From: Candidatus Aenigmatarchaeota archaeon
GTDB lineage: Archaea > Aenigmatarchaeota > Aenigmatarchaeia > Aenigmatarchaeales > JACQIB01
Length of the DNA stretch: 20,863 nt
Assembly: GCA_046760225.1 (NCBI GenBank)
Contig: JBHIDR010000013.1
Coordinates: forward strand, 1 to 20,863
Direction: 5' to 3'
Shown here: positions 19,339-20,863 of the stretch, one piece after another
Position numbering within the stretch: position 1 is the stretch's first letter
Layout: each line of letters opens with the position of its first letter
Translations under genes and position numbers: made by a program
The notes under the pieces: generated by a model
The model's database searches: none
What the model saw: the letters and a program-made list of their open reading frames with translations, nothing else
What the model was told of the DNA's origin: nothing

Positions 19339-19356
19339 AGCAGCCCTAAGTTGTAG
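18715..19356 (+). CDS. Double-motif LAGLIDADG homing endonuclease (intron-encoded)
   Basis: Motif 1 AYLVGYTIGDG, motif 2 AAFISGFCDAEG, then RIQVTQKD..ILEQIKELL..F.I.S.I. SD GGAGG at 18703-07, start ATG 18715 (or GTG 18712). Visibly AT-richer than the flanking genes. Confidence 0.9.
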   Translation: MEMNEAYLVGYTIGDGCLYSCSHVFSLDPRKSLMDYEITWGDKDLEQLGLIERIVKSLFPHVYLKTKIRKKSKGKILRCRRKKVFLHLKELLSKDMKSETKENIAAFISGFCDAEGDIGKTNNGTYKGKIYYKPRIQVTQKDKAILEQIKELLEKKFNIKSRIHKKWDQDAYILQISGCKQVSIFKKEINFRNPTKCAKLESILSSVQSSPKL

Positions 19357-19446
19357 CATCAGCGTTTGCAGGGTCGCGGCGTGGAGAAGGCTGACAGGGT
19401 AAGCTTTATGGGTTTTCTGTATCAACCAAAGGCATGCTTCCTGCCA

Positions 19447-19455
19447 TTTTTATTT
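19447..19455 (+). terminator. T-tract terminator of SRP RNA, overlapping the TATA-like TTTAAA of the next gene
   Basis: TTTTTATTT directly after the 3' strand of helix 1. Confidence 0.6.
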
Positions 19456-19475
19456 AAAGGGATGCAATGATTTTT

Positions 19476-20249
19476 ATGGCCAGGAAGAGAAGGAAAACAA
19501 GCAATCTCCAGCTTGTCCTAGTTGTACTGGTTGTGTTCCTTGCAGGCGTTCTCACAGCCCTGCAGTTCATGGAGCCAAAAGAAATTATTCAGCCAATACA
19601 GGTAATAAAGAACCTCACTGTCCCGCCCCAGATTAGTGAAGGTTCTCGGGTGGAGATGCTCGTTCCAGCAGTGGACACGGATGGCAATGGCGTCACAACC
19701 AGGCTAATGGTAGAGGCAAAGCCAGGCACAGGAAAGGTGCTTACCAATATCGACATACTGCTCTTCTGGGTGGACACCCAGCAATCGATACAGGTTGCAA
19801 GGGACGTTGCAAAGAACATAACAGGCATAGACACTGATGCGCTTGACATCACATATGCAATAGAGGCAGACAATGTGAGCCTTGTTGGCGGTCCTTCAGC
19901 AGGCGCTGCCCTCACAGTTGCCACTATTGCTGCGCTCCAGGCAAAGCAGCCCGACCCAAATGCAGCAATAACAGGCACAATAAACCCGGACGGAACAATA
20001 GGAAAGGTCGGTTCTGTGTATGAAAAGGCAAGGGCAGTGAAAAGGGACAATGTCATGACATTGCTCGTGCCCACCGGTGAAGGCGTTGAAATCACAGTAA
20101 GGCCAATTGAGAAATGCATAGAAGAGCCCGAGTTTACTTTCTGCGAGACCTACTACAAGCAGAAGAAGGTCAATATAGGGGAAGCACTTGGCATGGAAGT
20201 CATAGAGGTTGGCAATGTCTCAGAAGCACTGCCCTATTTCTTTGAATAA
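19476..20249 (+). CDS. Membrane-anchored Lon-type (S16) serine protease domain protein without ATPase
   Basis: N-terminal TM, GGPSAGAALTVA (catalytic Ser), ITGTINPDGTIGKVG..YEK (catalytic Lys). Start is 19476 or 19467. Confidence 0.9.
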   Translation: MARKRRKTSNLQLVLVVLVVFLAGVLTALQFMEPKEIIQPIQVIKNLTVPPQISEGSRVEMLVPAVDTDGNGVTTRLMVEAKPGTGKVLTNIDILLFWVDTQQSIQVARDVAKNITGIDTDALDITYAIEADNVSLVGGPSAGAALTVATIAALQAKQPDPNAAITGTINPDGTIGKVGSVYEKARAVKRDNVMTLLVPTGEGVEITVRPIEKCIEEPEFTFCETYYKQKKVNIGEALGMEVIEVGNVSEALPYFFE

Positions 20250-20280
20250 GCTTAAAAAACTTTGATTCCCAATTATTAAT

Positions 20281-20351
20281 TGGCCCCAATGACTACTGAT
20301 AGGCGGAAGGAGCGAAAGCTGTGACCGCAAATGAGGTGAATCGAGGGGTCA
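20281..20351 (+). ncRNA. Candidate small structured RNA with kink-turn-like motifs
   Basis: GC-rich island in an AT-rich spacer. TGGCCCC/GGGGTCA terminal stem, inner GCGG/CCGC, apical AGC-GAAA-GCT. TTAAAAAA about 25 nt upstream. Confidence 0.5.
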
Positions 20352-20381
20352 TTAATTCTAGAAAAATAAATTGAGAAAGGC

Positions 20382-20506
20382 CTATTTCTTTGCCTTTCCC
20401 ATTATCCTGAAGACCTTTGTCCCGCAATTCGGGCAGACTCCCTTCATTGCCCTCATCTTGTTCTTCATTATCACTTCCTCTGCGTCCTTTATCTCTCTTC
20501 TACCAT
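20382..20506 (-). pseudogene. Frameshifted small Zn-ribbon protein (DUF5679-like)
   Basis: AGGTG SD then ATG 20506 reads MVEER-stop. Another frame continues REIKDAEEVIMKNKMRAMKGVCPNCGTKVFRIMGKAKK-stop. The span is 125 nt and the first CxxC is missing. Confidence 0.6.
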
Positions 20507-20567
20507 AAAAACACCTAGAATGTATATAATATAGATATTTAAAAACCTTCGCATTTCTATTACTCTT

Positions 20568-20863
20568 ATGCTGTCAGACAAGCAGAAAAAACAGCTGCAG
20601 AAGGCAGATTACAGGCTAGTATGCGGGCATGGAGCTGTAAAGCTCTGCCTCTGGTGCAAGAAATCAGTGAAATCAGGTGAAAAAGACATCTGCTACAAGC
20701 AGATGTGGTATGGCATCAAGTCCCATCGCTGTCTTCAATTAACACCGCTCATAACAGCCTGCAATCTTCGCTGTGAGTACTGCTGGCGCAATCATGCATA
20801 CTTCTCTCCAAAAGTACCAGAACATGTTGCCAAACCAAAAGAGCTTGTTGACCAGGCAATAAA
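20568..20863 (+). CDS. taw1: 4-demethylwyosine synthase Taw1/TYW1 (radical SAM), 5' part, truncated by the window edge
   Basis: Manual translation: MLSDKQKKQLQKADYRLVCGHGAVKLCLWCKKSV...CYKQMWYGIKSHRCLQLTP..ACNLRCEYCWR, containing the CxxxCxxC motif. Confidence 0.93.
   Translation, partial: MLSDKQKKQLQKADYRLVCGHGAVKLCLWCKKSVKSGEKDICYKQMWYGIKSHRCLQLTPLITACNLRCEYCWRNHAYFSPKVPEHVAKPKELVDQAI

Larger units (their letters stand above)
18531..19446 (+). ncRNA. ffs: Archaeal SRP (7S) RNA gene, intron-containing. Exon 1 ~18531-18701, exon 2 19339-~19446, mature ~279 nt
   Basis: Helix 1: TGGCAGGGAGC (18531-41) pairs with GCTTCCTGCCA (19436-46). Alu domain: TGTAA (18566-70) and loop-loop complementarity CGTCC (18556-60)/GGGCG (18579-83). 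Helix 5: 18610-29 pairs with 19404-23 (20 bp including G-U), and 18666-78 with 19350-62. Spliced helix 8: GGGTCAGACTGGGAACAG|AGCAGCCC. Confidence 0.93.

Noticed and set aside
18531..19446. RNase P RNA, rRNA or tRNA as the host of the LAGLIDADG ORF
   Set aside because: No GAGGAAAGUCC/P4 signature, no rRNA conserved blocks and no cloverleaf. The Alu domain, helix 5 and helix 8 features fit SRP RNA.
20296..20320. Hammerhead ribozyme (CTGATAG...GAAA)
   Set aside because: The core needs CUGANGA but here it is CUGAUAG, and stems I and III cannot be built convincingly.
1..20863. CRISPR array or tRNA genes
   Set aside because: No regularly spaced direct repeats and no cloverleaf with a T-loop were seen by eye in the intergenic regions.

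Overview
Archaeal genomic segment. The archaeal ProRS, uS15/eS1, stand-alone Bud32, Taw1 and TATA-type promoters show this. The compact layout and large secreted proteins suggest a DPANN-type lineage, which is inference. Most of it is housekeeping (proS, mre11-rad50, metallophosphoesterase, TRAM protein, Bud32, uS15, eS1, Lon-like protease, Taw1), plus a two-gene surface-protein operon (2099 aa + 311 aa). The standout is at about 18531-19446: an SRP (7S) RNA gene split inside helix 8, the SRP54-binding site, by a 637-nt bulge-helix-bulge intron (18702-19338) that encodes a double-motif LAGLIDADG homing endonuclease. Cutting at the standard BHB positions exactly rebuilds helix 8 (GGGU-CAGA-CUG-GGAA-CAG-AGCA-GCCC). 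The endonuclease ORF has no stop codon inside the intron, and the spliced RNA appears to lack helix 6. Also present: a candidate ~70-nt kink-turn-rich small RNA (20281-20351) and a frameshifted small Zn-ribbon pseudogene (20382-20506).
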